A stretch of DNA of 64,000 nucleotides. Origin: Clostridia bacterium DTU025. GTDB taxonomy: Bacteria > Bacillota > DTU025. Positions 8,062-20,119 of this stretch are shown piece after piece. The position numbers and the translations under genes are program-made. A model generated the notes under the pieces. The model ran no database searches. It was not told the origin of the DNA and was given only the letters and a program-made list of their open reading frames with translations. Each line of letters begins with the position of its first letter. Position 1 is the stretch's first letter. The stretch spans positions 20,088 through 84,087 of the forward strand of contig LFSP01000032.1 in NCBI GenBank assembly GCA_001513145.1, read 5' to 3'.

Positions 8062-9390
8062 CTACTGTGCAAGGCTCGCCGCCCGCCGGCGGATCTCGCG
8101 AGCCACCTTTTCCGCGTCGATGGTGACCAAACACCCGTCGTCCAGCAGGATTCGCCCGTCCACCAACACGGTGCTGACGTTGAGGCCGCACGCGGAGTAG
8201 ACCAGGTGCGAGACCAGGCGCTCGGGCAAAGCCGGCTCCATGTTGGGCATGTCGAGGTCGAGAAGCACGATGTCGGCCTTTTTTCCAGGTTCAAGTGAAC
8301 CTATGGCACTTTCCAGGCGCAGGCAGCGAGCGCTTCCCATTGTAGCCATCCTCAGACACTCACCGGCAGGCAGAGCCGTGGGGTCGCCGGCGTGTACTTT
8401 CTGGAGGAGGCCGGCAAAGCGCATCTCCTCGATCATGTCGAGGTTGTTGTTGCTGGCCGCGCCGTCGGTTCCTAGGCCCACCACCACGCCCCTGGACAGC
8501 ATGGTGGGGACAGGCGCGACGCCTGAGGCAAGCTTCATGTTGGACCCTGGGTTGTGCGCCACGCGCACGTCGTGCTTGGCCATGATCTCTATGTCCTGCG
8601 CGTCCACCACGACACAGTGGGCGGCCAGCACCGGCAGCTCGAACACTCCGAGGGACTCGAAGTGCTGGATGGGGCTTTTCCCCCATTCGGCCTGCGCCTG
8701 TTGCACCTCGCGCACGGTCTCGCTGAGGTGGGTGTGCAGACAAAGCTCGGCGCGGCGGGCTTCCGCGATCACGTCTCCAATGAACTCAGGGGAACACGTG
8801 TAAGGTGCGTGCGGCGCAAGCATCGTGGTTATGCGGCCGCCTGCGGCGCCGTTCCACCGCCGGCAGAAGTCCAGAGCATCGGAGAGCTTCTGGGCGGCGT
8901 CGCCGAAAGACGTCATGCCCACCGACAGGCTCGCCCGGATGCCGGATGCGTCGACGGCCTCGGCGGCGGCGTCCATGAAGAAGTACATGTCGGCGAAGCA
9001 CGTGGTGCCGGAGCGTATCATCTCGGCGCACGCAAGCAACGTGCCCCAGTAGACGTCCTCGGCGGTGAGCTTGGCCTCCGCAGGAAAGATCATGGTGGTG
9101 AGCCATTCCTGCAGCGCCAGGTCGTCGGCGTAGCCGCGCAGCAACGTCATGGCGGCGTGGGTGTGCGCGTTCACGAGGCCAGGGATTGCCACGCGGCCCT
9201 TTCCGTGGTAGACGGGCAGGCCGGCCAGGTCGGCTGGAAGCTCGCGCGCCGGGCCTACGTACGCTATCTCGCCGCCTTGCACCGCGATGGCCGCGTCAGG
9301 GCAGACAGACCCGCGGGCGTCCATGGTGATCGCGGTTACGTCGACGATCAGGAGGTCGCCGCCTGCAGTGGTGCCGCTTTCCTTCATCAT
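8062..9390 (-). CDS. mtaD: 5-methylthioadenosine / S-adenosylhomocysteine deaminase, an amidohydrolase of the MtaD type.
   Basis: ...AIPGLVNAHTHAAMTLLRGYADD..., ...HTHLSET..., ...VAHNPGSNMKLASGVAPV..., ...GLGTDGAASNNNLDM.... Confidence 0.8.
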   Translation of the reverse strand: MMKESGTTAGGDLLIVDVTAITMDARGSVCPDAAIAVQGGEIAYVGPARELPADLAGLPVYHGKGRVAIPGLVNAHTHAAMTLLRGYADDLALQEWLTTMIFPAEAKLTAEDVYWGTLLACAEMIRSGTTCFADMYFFMDAAAEAVDASGIRASLSVGMTSFGDAAQKLSDALDFCRRWNGAAGGRITTMLAPHAPYTCSPEFIGDVIAEARRAELCLHTHLSETVREVQQAQAEWGKSPIQHFESLGVFELPVLAAHCVVVDAQDIEIMAKHDVRVAHNPGSNMKLASGVAPVPTMLSRGVVVGLGTDGAASNNNLDMIEEMRFAGLLQKVHAGDPTALPAGECLRMATMGSARCLRLESAIGSLEPGKKADIVLLDLDMPNMEPALPERLVSHLVYSACGLNVSTVLVDGRILLDDGCLVTIDAEKVAREIRRRAASLAQ

Positions 9391-9403
9391 CGTGCGCACT
9401 TCC

Positions 9404-10213
9404 CTACACGTCAACCCGGCCGAGCCACGGCATATCGGGGGCGTTATGTCCGCATGCGCAGTGGCGCTCGTCGGGCAGGGCGTCGATGGTAAGCATCATC
9501 AGCTCACGCAGGCGCTCGCCGTTGGCCTGCATTATCTCCACCACTTCACTGTGCCCCAGAGGCTCCCCTGTGATGCCTGCCGCCCAGTTGGTAACCATAG
9601 CAATGGACGCATAGCACATGCCGGCCTCCCTGGCCAGCACCACCTCGGGCACGCCGGTCATTCCGACGATGTCCCCGCCCAGCATCTGGAACATGCGGAT
9701 CTCCGCCGGGGTCTCGAAACGGGGGCCGTCAGTGCAAACGTAGCAGCCGCCGTCAGAGGCGATGATTCCCATGCGCCTGGCGTTAGACACGAGGGCAGCG
9801 CGGATCTCGGGGCAGTACGGGTTGGTGTAGTCCACGTGAACCACGCCGCGGTCGCCCCCGTCGAAGAAAGTGCGAACCTCCGACTTGGCGAAGTCGATGA
9901 ACTGGTCCATGAAGACGAAGCTTCCTGGCGGCATCGCGGTGTTCATGGAGCCAACCGCGCAGGTGGCCATGACGCGCTTCACGCCCATCATCTTGAGCGC
10001 AGCGATGTTCGCCCTGTGGTTGATCATGTGCGGCGGTACCGTGTGCCTATACCCGTGCCTCGCCATGAAGGCGATCTCCTTGTCGCCGCGCTTTCCCACC
10101 AGGGCGCTGGCAGTGCCGTAGGGCGTGTCCACAGTGACCTGCCGCACATCCGACAGCACGCCAGGGTCGTATACGCCGGTTCCTCCGATGATTGCCAGCT
10201 CCAAAGCTCTCAA
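9404..10213 (-). CDS. mtnP: S-methyl-5'-thioadenosine phosphorylase of the MTAP/PNP family.
   Basis: MRALELAIIGGTGVYD..., ...TPYG..., ...ARHGYRHTVPPHMINHRANIAALK..., ...IVGMTGVPEVVLAREAGMCYASIAMVTNWAAG.... Confidence 0.85.
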   Translation of the reverse strand: MRALELAIIGGTGVYDPGVLSDVRQVTVDTPYGTASALVGKRGDKEIAFMARHGYRHTVPPHMINHRANIAALKMMGVKRVMATCAVGSMNTAMPPGSFVFMDQFIDFAKSEVRTFFDGGDRGVVHVDYTNPYCPEIRAALVSNARRMGIIASDGGCYVCTDGPRFETPAEIRMFQMLGGDIVGMTGVPEVVLAREAGMCYASIAMVTNWAAGITGEPLGHSEVVEIMQANGERLRELMMLTIDALPDERHCACGHNAPDMPWLGRVDV

Positions 10214-10243
10214 TTCCTCCCGTCCTCCGTGGTAACCGCGACA

Positions 10244-11437
10244 TCATTTCAGCATTGTTGCGAACAACCGCTCAATTCTGTCCATCCCATCCTCTATCCG
10301 ATCGATCGAGGTGGCGTACGAAAGCCGGATGAAGCCATCACAGCCGAAGGCGGCGCCGGCCACCACAGCCACGTGGGCGTGCTCCAGGATGACGTCTGCC
10401 AGGTGGTATGAGCTCTCGATGAGCCGTCCCTCGAACTCGATGCCGACGTACCGCCCGACGTTGGGGAAGCAGTAGAAGGCGCCTGTTGGCTTCGGGCAGC
10501 TCACGTAGGGAATGCGGTTCAGCCTCTCCCACATGCGCTCCCCGCGCTCCCTGAAGGCGTCCACCATGGCCTGGACAGGCTCGTCTGGCCCGCGCAGCGC
10601 AGCCAGGGCGGCCCGCTGTGATACCGAGCACGGATTCGACGTGCTGTGGCTCTGGATGCGGTTCATGGCATCCACCAGTTCGGCGTTTCCGGCGGCCCAG
10701 CCGATGCGCCATCCGGTCATGGCGTAGGTCTTCGACACTCCGTTCACGATGAGGGTCCGCTCGCGCACCTCCCCGCCCAGAGCGGCGATGGAGACGTAGT
10801 CTTCACCGGTGTACAGCAGGCGGTCGTAGATCTCGTCGGAGATCACCACGAGGTCGTGCCGGACCACCACATCGGCTATGGCCTCAAGCTCCGCGCGGGT
10901 ATAGGAGGCGCCAGTTGGGTTTGAGGGTGAGTTCAGGATGAGCACCCGGGTGTGCGGCGTGATCGCCGCCTCAAGCACCTCGGCGGTGAGCTTGAACCCT
11001 GTGGAGGACGTGTCGACGATCACCGGGGTGCCCCCTGCGATGCGAACCTGATCCGGGTAGCTCACCCAGTACGGCGCCGGCACGATCACCTCATCGCCTG
11101 GGTCCACCAGGGCCAGGAAAGCGTTGAACAGGCTGTGCTTGGCGCCGCACGACACGATGATGTTCGAGGGCTTGTAGGCCAGCCCGTGCCTGGCCAGGAT
11201 GGAGTCAGCTATGGCCTGGCGCAGCTCAGCCGTGCCCGCGGTGGGGGTGTAGCGGGTGTGCCCAGAATCGATGCTTGCCTTGGCCTCCTCGCGTATGTGC
11301 TCGGGGGTGTCGAAGTCCGGCTCGCCGGCGCCGAAGGGTATCACGTCGATCCCCTGGGCCCTCATGGCCGCGGCCTTGGCTTCCACCGCAAAGGTTGGAG
11401 ACTTGGTTATGCCTGTCGACATTCTTGACAAACGCAT
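10244..11437 (-). CDS. aspB: Aspartate / aromatic aminotransferase, class I PLP-dependent.
   Basis: ...IPFGAGEPDFDTPEHI..., ...LILNSPSNPTGASY..., ...NGVSKTYAMTGWRIGWAAG.... I chose the start at MRLSRMS. Confidence 0.85.
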   Translation of the reverse strand: MRLSRMSTGITKSPTFAVEAKAAAMRAQGIDVIPFGAGEPDFDTPEHIREEAKASIDSGHTRYTPTAGTAELRQAIADSILARHGLAYKPSNIIVSCGAKHSLFNAFLALVDPGDEVIVPAPYWVSYPDQVRIAGGTPVIVDTSSTGFKLTAEVLEAAITPHTRVLILNSPSNPTGASYTRAELEAIADVVVRHDLVVISDEIYDRLLYTGEDYVSIAALGGEVRERTLIVNGVSKTYAMTGWRIGWAAGNAELVDAMNRIQSHSTSNPCSVSQRAALAALRGPDEPVQAMVDAFRERGERMWERLNRIPYVSCPKPTGAFYCFPNVGRYVGIEFEGRLIESSYHLADVILEHAHVAVVAGAAFGCDGFIRLSYATSIDRIEDGMDRIERLFATMLK

Positions 11438-11450
11438 GTGTGTTTCCTCC

Positions 11451-12758
11451 TCATGCCTCAACCCGGCATACGCCGGCCAAAGCAGGCGTTTCGTATGCCG
11501 GATGCACCGCGGCGGCGGTATCGGAATCCCCTAGTATATCGAAGAAGTTGCCTGATATGACCACCTTTGCGGCCCCTACCAGCCTGCCCTCCTTGACCAG
11601 CAGGGCGTCTGAGGCTGCAAGCGAGAAGTTGCCGCTTACGGGGTCCTGGGTGTGCATGCCCAGCACGCCTGTGACCAGGAGCGCCTCGTCCGCCGAGCTG
11701 AGCATGGCACCGTACGCGAGGGGTTCACCCAGTCGCAGCCGGAAGCCTGCGTACCCCGGCGACAGGCCCGCGGCAGGAAGCGCCGTTGGCGCAAGGCCGC
11801 TCTTTCGGGCGTACTTCGTGTTCAGAAGGGGCGTGACCAGCCTCCCCCCGTCAACCAGCACCACCTTTGAGCCGGGGATCCCCTCGTCGGTACAGGGATA
11901 TGACCCGGGCGCCATGGGTATGGTGGTGTCAAGCTCCAAGCTGAAGTCGTTCCTGAAGGCCGCATGTCCCGCGGCGAACTGGTCCAGCGAGAACCTGGAT
12001 CTCTTCTCCACCACCATGTCGCCGCTGAGGTTGTGCACGAGGTAGTGCTGGACCAGCTGGTCCACAACGGCGGGCCAGAAGATGACCCTGACCCTTCCGC
12101 CGGCAAGCTCCACCCTGTTCCTGGAGGCGGCGAGCATCTCCCCGGTGGACGCGACCATCGGCTCCAGTCCCTTCCACGTCTCCAGGGCCCTTCCCAGCCT
12201 CCACATGGCGAAGGACTTGTTCAGCACCCAGCCGCAGCTCAGTGACGTATGGGCGTAGCTGACCCACAGGCCGGTCGACGTGGCGGTCACGGTGTTCCCG
12301 GCGGCACAGGCCACGGATGCGTCGACGTTATCGGCGCCTGCCTTCCTGGCGGTGGATGCGATGGCCGTCAGGGTGTCGAAGGCCAAACGCGGAGACTGTT
12401 GCACCACCTTGGCCACCCTCGGGTCGCTGAGCCCAACCGGCGCCGGCTCGGCCAGGGGCGCTATGTGGGCTGCGTCGTCGTCCCGGTAGGCCGCAGACCG
12501 CCACATGGACATCTTGGTCTTCAGCTGCTCAATGGTGCTGCCGCTCACCAGCCCTTTGCTGACGGTGCCGTCTTCCCATACTATGAAGACTGACCCGCTC
12601 ACCTCCTGCACCTTCCGGGGCGGAGAGTACGCGCCGCCGAGCTCCCCGTCGTCCATGCCCATGCTGAGCCTCGCAGACGAGGTTACGGTGAGCCGCCAGC
12701 CGGCGGCAGTGGCCAACGCCTTGGCCAGGGCTTCAGCTGTGTCGTTGGCAGCGAACAT
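11451..12758 (-). CDS. pmbA: TldE/PmbA-family metallopeptidase subunit (pair 1).
   Basis: TldD/E-family fold signature. It has no HExxxH motif and lies immediately downstream of an HEAFGH-containing TldD gene. Confidence 0.75.
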   Translation of the reverse strand: MFAANDTAEALAKALATAAGWRLTVTSSARLSMGMDDGELGGAYSPPRKVQEVSGSVFIVWEDGTVSKGLVSGSTIEQLKTKMSMWRSAAYRDDDAAHIAPLAEPAPVGLSDPRVAKVVQQSPRLAFDTLTAIASTARKAGADNVDASVACAAGNTVTATSTGLWVSYAHTSLSCGWVLNKSFAMWRLGRALETWKGLEPMVASTGEMLAASRNRVELAGGRVRVIFWPAVVDQLVQHYLVHNLSGDMVVEKRSRFSLDQFAAGHAAFRNDFSLELDTTIPMAPGSYPCTDEGIPGSKVVLVDGGRLVTPLLNTKYARKSGLAPTALPAAGLSPGYAGFRLRLGEPLAYGAMLSSADEALLVTGVLGMHTQDPVSGNFSLAASDALLVKEGRLVGAAKVVISGNFFDILGDSDTAAAVHPAYETPALAGVCRVEA

Positions 12759-12759
12759 G

Positions 12760-14256
12760 CTACACCCCTCCGATCCTTATGTCAGGTGCGGCGTCGATCA
12801 CCAGGAACATGTTGGCGCCGCCGCTGGACGGCACCCCCTGCCCCTTCTTGCCGCAGGTGCCCTGGGCGTCGATGACCGGATCGCCTATGCCGGCCAGGAT
12901 CGCGGCCAAGGCCGACAGCACCTTCCCGCTGAAGATCGCCGGCAGGCGCAGCCGGATGGCGGAGGTGGTCAGCTCGTATATGGCCGAGCAGTTGAATACG
13001 AAGTCGCCCTTTGCCGGGTTCACCTGCCCGCCCTTATAGCCGGAAAGGTACAGCACCACCTGGCCCTCTTGAAGGAGTCCCGCGCCCACCAGCGCGTCCC
13101 TGACGTGCTCCGGCGTAACATCCTCGAAGTCCCGGGGCATCGGTATGGGGTCGGCTACCGTGAGGCGTATGTTGCTCATGCGCGGCAACGGGACGTCCCT
13201 ATAGCTTTCCGCCCGCCCTGCTCCGGTGGGCTCGACGCCGGCCTCAGCCGCGGAGAACGCGTCTGCCAAAGCGGAGGTGAGCACGCCGTCTCGCACGATG
13301 TGCACCGTGCCCCTGAGCACGCCGTTGCTGGACACCGGCTGGTAGGCGTAGTCGCCCTCCACGGGGCCGTCGACGATGCTGACGTTGGGCGGCGCCACCC
13401 TGGTCCCAGCCATGAACTTGCCGTCGCGCCAAAGGATGGAGGTGCGCATCCCGTCGCTTTCGGCGCTGTGACCGAAGGCCTCGTGGGCAAGGCCTTTGGC
13501 CAGTGCATAGTCGATGACCAGCCTGTAGGAACCTGCCTTTACCCCCCTGGCCTCAAGGAGCGCCAGGGCGGTGCGGGCCTGGGTTCTGCTGCGCTTCATG
13601 AACCTCTCCCAGCCCTCGGGTGTGGCGATGATGGAGGCGTCGCGCCCGCTGACGGCGGCGCCGACGCTGGCAGCTCGGCCAGACGAGGCGTCCCGCGCCG
13701 TGATGCTGCTGCGGCACACGGCCCTGGGCATGTTGAACATCACGTCCGTGCCATCGCTCCTGACAACCCTCCATTCCTCATGGACGATGCCGTAGGCGGT
13801 GTGGCACGCCAGCGCCGGGTCGATGGCGGCCGTTTCAGCGCTTGCCTTCGCCACTAGGCGCTGCTCCTCCTCGTGGGAGAAGTTTTCGATACCCATGGGC
13901 GCCTCGCAGTGGACGGACGTGATCAGTCGAGGCATGCGCTGGTGTCCATCGACCTTTCTGGCTCCATATCCCTGGCTCATAGACGCGAGCCTTGCGGCGT
14001 CCTCCACCAGGCGTTCCGCCGCCTCAGGCGTTATTCGATCGGTGCAGGCGTGGCCTGTGGCTCCATCCGGCGTGATCACCTGCACGCCCATGCCTGACCG
14101 TTCGTCACAGTGTGCGCTCTGAATCGCGCCGTTGGCCGCACTGACGGAGCGCTCGGCCCTGTGCTGTATGCGGAGGATGGCGTAAACGCCCAGATCGCGG
14201 CCGCGCTCCATGGCGCGATAGCATGCTTCAGTGTAGTCTGCGACACGACGTTTCAC
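12760..14256 (-). CDS. tldD: TldD-family zinc metallopeptidase (pair 1).
   Basis: ...LAHEAFGHSAESD... HExxxH motif and TldD-like length. I chose a GTG start with GGGGGTGAG upstream, where the protein begins VKRRVADYTEACY.... Confidence 0.8.
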   Translation of the reverse strand: MKRRVADYTEACYRAMERGRDLGVYAILRIQHRAERSVSAANGAIQSAHCDERSGMGVQVITPDGATGHACTDRITPEAAERLVEDAARLASMSQGYGARKVDGHQRMPRLITSVHCEAPMGIENFSHEEEQRLVAKASAETAAIDPALACHTAYGIVHEEWRVVRSDGTDVMFNMPRAVCRSSITARDASSGRAASVGAAVSGRDASIIATPEGWERFMKRSRTQARTALALLEARGVKAGSYRLVIDYALAKGLAHEAFGHSAESDGMRTSILWRDGKFMAGTRVAPPNVSIVDGPVEGDYAYQPVSSNGVLRGTVHIVRDGVLTSALADAFSAAEAGVEPTGAGRAESYRDVPLPRMSNIRLTVADPIPMPRDFEDVTPEHVRDALVGAGLLQEGQVVLYLSGYKGGQVNPAKGDFVFNCSAIYELTTSAIRLRLPAIFSGKVLSALAAILAGIGDPVIDAQGTCGKKGQGVPSSGGANMFLVIDAAPDIRIGGV

Positions 14257-14260
14257 CTTC

Positions 14261-16380
<2,120 letters not shown>

Positions 16381-16393
<13 letters not shown>

Positions 16394-17202
16394 GTGGGCT
16401 CCCCCTTCTTCTTGGTCTCCTTGGCCTTGGTTTCAGTGTGGTTCGCGAAGGCGGAGTGGTTATGTATCGACTCGAAGCTCTCGCACTCCACGCTGAACCA
16501 GCGCACCCGCGGCTCCGCCCTGAGAGCCAGCACCACGTCTCGAAGGATGTCCTCCACGAACTTGGGGTTCTCGTACGCCTTCTCGGTGACGTACTTCTCG
16601 TCTTCACGTTTGAGCAGCGGATATATCTCGCAGCTGCCAGTGGCCTCGAGCAGCTGGATTAGGTCTTCAATCCAAAGGAAGCCGGCGGAGCTGAAGCGGA
16701 CGCGGGCACGAACCATAGTGCGCTGGTTGTGGGCGCCGTAGTCGCTGATCTCCTTGCTGCACGGGCAGCAGGAGGTTACGGGCACCTCCACCCCGAGGGT
16801 GAAGATGTGCTTGCCGCCGTCAAGCTCGCCGATGAACTCGCAGTTGTAATCCAGCACGCTGCGCTTGCGGCTGACGGGGGCCTGCTTGTTCACGAAGTAC
16901 TTGAACCTGATGACTATCTGCGCGCGGGACGCCGCCAACGCGGCGCAGGTGTCCTTCAGCACCTCGGCGATGAGCGTGTTCGAGAGCGGCTCGCCGCTCC
17001 AGCCGTACAGCACCTCTATGAACCGGGACATGTGCGTGCCCTTGAACTGCATGGGGAGGTCCACCGATAGCGACACGTTCCCCAACACCGACTGGTATCC
17101 TCCGCCCTTCTGCGCGATCTTCAGAGGCAGGTGGACGTTCTTCACGCCCACGTGCTGGATGTCGATGCCGCGGCTGTCAGGGCGGCTCTGCACGTCTTGC
17201 AT
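16381..17202 (-). CDS. folE2: GTP cyclohydrolase FolE2/MptA (type 2 GTP cyclohydrolase I).
   Basis: MQDVQSRPDSRGIDIQHVGVKNVHLPL... N-terminus typical of FolE2. ...VTSCCPCSKEISDYGAHNQR.... I chose the start at MQDV, with AGGGGGA upstream. Confidence 0.8.
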
Positions 17203-17334
17203 TGCTATCCCCCTTCGGCGCATTGGCCCATTCATTGAATGTTCTACGGGGCGCCGAAGTATCCCTGCACCCAGCGTCGGAAGGTGTTGGGAACAGGCGA
17301 GGTGTGGGCGAGGCGCTGGCGAGACGAGATCGAG

Positions 17335-17395
17335 GTTAGCGTCAAGAAGCGGCCCCGGCGACCCGCCGGCGTGTCGGTTTTCGGGTAAGCGTCGA
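17335..17395 (+). repeat. Intergenic structured repeat, copy B.
   Basis: gttagcgtcaagaagcggccccggcgacccgccggcgtgtcggttttc.... Confidence 0.7.
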
Positions 17396-17403
17396 GTCAA
17401 CAC

Positions 17404-17439
17404 GAGAGAGCCCCCCGCCAAGCAAAGGGGGGCTCTCTC
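17404..17439 (+). other. Perfect 13-bp hairpin, gagagagcccccc-N10-ggggggctctctc, followed by gcgttggtttgg.
   Basis: Read directly. Lies in the divergent folE2 / manC-pmm intergenic region. Confidence 0.6.
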
Positions 17440-17543
17440 GCGTTGGTTTGGCCCTCACCGGCCTAGAGGAACTGCACGCTGATTGTGGAAATCTCAGAAA
17501 CAGGCACGAGCCTTGCAGGGCCAAGCGAAACAGGGGTGAGAAC

Positions 17544-20048
17544 ATGAGGGCCATGCTGCTGGGAGCGGGTGAGGGCACCCGCCTGAGGCCGATCACTGCC
17601 ACGCGTCCCAAGCCTATGATACCCATAGCGAACCGTCCGATAATGGAGCACATCCTGCTGCTGCTCAAGGAGCACGGAATCACGGAGGTCTATTCCAACC
17701 TCTATTACCTTGCAGACCAGATCGAATCCTACTTCGGAGACGGGTCTGCCTGGGGCATGTCGGTGAAGTTCAAAGTCGAGGAGAAGCTTCCGGGCACCGC
17801 CGGCGGGCTGAAGAACGCGGAGGCATTTTTCCGCGACACCTTCCTCGTGATCTCCGGAGACCTCCTCACCGACTTCAACCTCACGGAAGCCATCGAGTTT
17901 CACAAGCGTCAGGGGTCCATGGCCACGCTTCTCCTCACGAAGGTGGAGAACCCTCTGGAATACGGCGTGGTCATCACGGACCAGGACGGACGGGTGCTCA
18001 GGTTCCTCGAGAAGCCAGGCTGGTCCGAGGCATTCTCCGACACGGTGAACTCGGGCATCTTCATCCTCGAGCCTGACGTGCTGGACTACATCCCCGACGG
18101 CGTGGAGTTCGACTTCTCGAAAGACCTCTTCCCCCTGCTTCTGAGGGATGGGAAGCCGCTGTTCGGCTTCGTGGCCAACGGCTACTGGTGCGACGTGGGC
18201 AACATCGACAGCTACATCAAGGCCCAGGTGGACGCGCTGTCAGGCAAGGTGAAGCTGAACGTGCCCGGAGAGCAGGTGATGCCCGGGGTGTGGGTGGGCC
18301 GGTCCGCCAAGATAAGCAGCAGGGCCGATCTGAAGGGTCCGATGGTTCTGGGCGAGAACTGCGAGATCGCGCCGGGCGCCAGGATACGAGAGTACAGCGT
18401 CATAGGCGACAACGTTATACTCGCCCCCAACTCTTTCGTGGTGCGCTCGACGGTGTTCAGCAACTCCTATATCGGCGAGGGCTCCGTGGTTTCAGGCAGC
18501 ATCATCTGCAAGAACGTGGTGCTGAAGGAGAGCGTTCGCGTGGGCGAAGGCGCGGTGGTGAGCGACGACTCGATCCTGAACTCGTCGGTGGCGGTGAAGC
18601 CCGGCGTCAGGGTGTGGCCCGGCAAGAGCATCGACGAGGGAGTGGTGCTGTCGTCCAGCGTCGTGTGGGAGCAGCGCTTCCGTCGGGAGGTTTTCTCAGA
18701 GGGCACCATATCGGGCCTTGTCAATTTCGAGTTCACCCCCGAGTTCGCGGTGAGGCTGGGCAGCGCCATCGGCGCGACGATGAAGAAGGGCGCCAGCGTG
18801 GTGGTGAGCCGCGATCCAAGCTCCACGGCGCGCATGATGAAACGGGCGCTGGTGGCGGGGCTATCCAGCGCCGGCGTGCACGTGTGCGACCTGCAGGGCC
18901 AGCCCATGCCCATACTCTGGCACATGCTCAAGCGCGACAGCTACATCAGTGGCATCCATACGTCCATGTCGGAGTCCAGCACCGAGCGCATCGACATCCA
19001 GGTGTTGGATGGAAACGGCCTGCCGCTTTCCCGCGACGACGAGCGCAAGGTGGAAACGCTGCTGTCGCGTGAGGACCCCAGGAGGGCCAGCGCCAGCGAG
19101 GTCGGCGGCATCAGCTACTTCCCCAGGGCCGTGGATTACTACGTCGAAGACTGCATGGACCGGATCAACGTTGAGGCCGCCAAGTCCCACAGGGTCAAGG
19201 CCGTCGTAGACTGCGGCTACGGCTTCGTCGGAGGGGTGCTTCCGTCCATTCTGGTGAAGATGGGCGTGGAAGTCACCAGCCTCAACGCCATTGAGCAGCC
19301 TAGCAAGATGCCGAAGAACGATGCGGAGTTGGAGCGAGCCAAGGGCGAGCTGGGCTCCATCGTCAGAACGGTCGGCGCCGACCTGGGGATCCTCATCGAA
19401 CCACAGGGCACCCATATGCACGTGGCGGACGAGACCGGCCGAGTGCTCTCCGACCTGGAGCTGGCGTACCTTTACGCGCTGCTCCTGGTGCGGGCGAAGG
19501 GCAGGGGTTCGCGAGGAGTCACTGTGCCCAGCTTCATGCCTAAGATGCTGATAGCCGCCCTCACGGCCAACGGCGCCACGGTGTACCGAAGCAAGGTGCA
19601 GGCCCGCTCCCTGGTGGACCTGGCCAGGACCAGCAAGTCGTTGGTGTGCTGCGACCTTCACGGCGGGTTCCTCTTCCCCGAACTCCACAACGGCCTTGAT
19701 GCCATGTTCGGCGCGGCGAAGTTCACGGAGCTGGTGGCGGTGGAATCGGCTCCGCTGTCGCAGCTTGCTCAGCTGGTGCCCGAGCACAACCTCGTGGCCG
19801 ACGTGATGCCGTGTCCATGGGAGATGAAGGCCCAGGTCATGCGGGAGCTCCTCGGGAAGCTGGACGACCCCGCGGTGGACACCTTCGACGGCTATCGGCG
19901 CAACATCGACGATAGTCACTGGTACATGGTGCTTCCCGACGCGGCGCGGCCGGTGTTCAGGCTCTACGCTGAGGGCGGCAGCAGGGCACAGGCAGAGGCC
20001 ATGCTGGCGAGGGCCAGAGACGAGGTGGCGGAGGCCATCGAGGGTTAG
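17544..20048 (+). CDS. Bifunctional fusion: mannose-1-phosphate guanylyltransferase (NTP-transferase plus left-handed beta-helix) joined to phosphomannomutase/phosphoglucomutase.
   Basis: MRAMLLGAGEGTRLRPIT...GTAGGL..., hexapeptide repeats, then the PGM/PMM alpha/beta/alpha domains ...VVDCGYGFVGGVLPSIL.... I chose the start at MRAM, with GGGGTGAG upstream. Confidence 0.85.
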   Translation: MRAMLLGAGEGTRLRPITATRPKPMIPIANRPIMEHILLLLKEHGITEVYSNLYYLADQIESYFGDGSAWGMSVKFKVEEKLPGTAGGLKNAEAFFRDTFLVISGDLLTDFNLTEAIEFHKRQGSMATLLLTKVENPLEYGVVITDQDGRVLRFLEKPGWSEAFSDTVNSGIFILEPDVLDYIPDGVEFDFSKDLFPLLLRDGKPLFGFVANGYWCDVGNIDSYIKAQVDALSGKVKLNVPGEQVMPGVWVGRSAKISSRADLKGPMVLGENCEIAPGARIREYSVIGDNVILAPNSFVVRSTVFSNSYIGEGSVVSGSIICKNVVLKESVRVGEGAVVSDDSILNSSVAVKPGVRVWPGKSIDEGVVLSSSVVWEQRFRREVFSEGTISGLVNFEFTPEFAVRLGSAIGATMKKGASVVVSRDPSSTARMMKRALVAGLSSAGVHVCDLQGQPMPILWHMLKRDSYISGIHTSMSESSTERIDIQVLDGNGLPLSRDDERKVETLLSREDPRRASASEVGGISYFPRAVDYYVEDCMDRINVEAAKSHRVKAVVDCGYGFVGGVLPSILVKMGVEVTSLNAIEQPSKMPKNDAELERAKGELGSIVRTVGADLGILIEPQGTHMHVADETGRVLSDLELAYLYALLLVRAKGRGSRGVTVPSFMPKMLIAALTANGATVYRSKVQARSLVDLARTSKSLVCCDLHGGFLFPELHNGLDAMFGAAKFTELVAVESAPLSQLAQLVPEHNLVADVMPCPWEMKAQVMRELLGKLDDPAVDTFDGYRRNIDDSHWYMVLPDAARPVFRLYAEGGSRAQAEAMLARARDEVAEAIEG

Positions 20049-20119
20049 GGGCGACGCCAGCATCTCTCCCCACCACCACCTCCCACCCGCCGGCGGACAG
20101 CCTGCAACGCAACAGGCGT

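Noticed and set aside
7974-8294. N-terminal 107-codon extension of ORF 7566..8294.
   Set aside because: S/T/W/R-rich, with no RBS at 8294. The conserved CBM-like domain begins at internal Met 7973.
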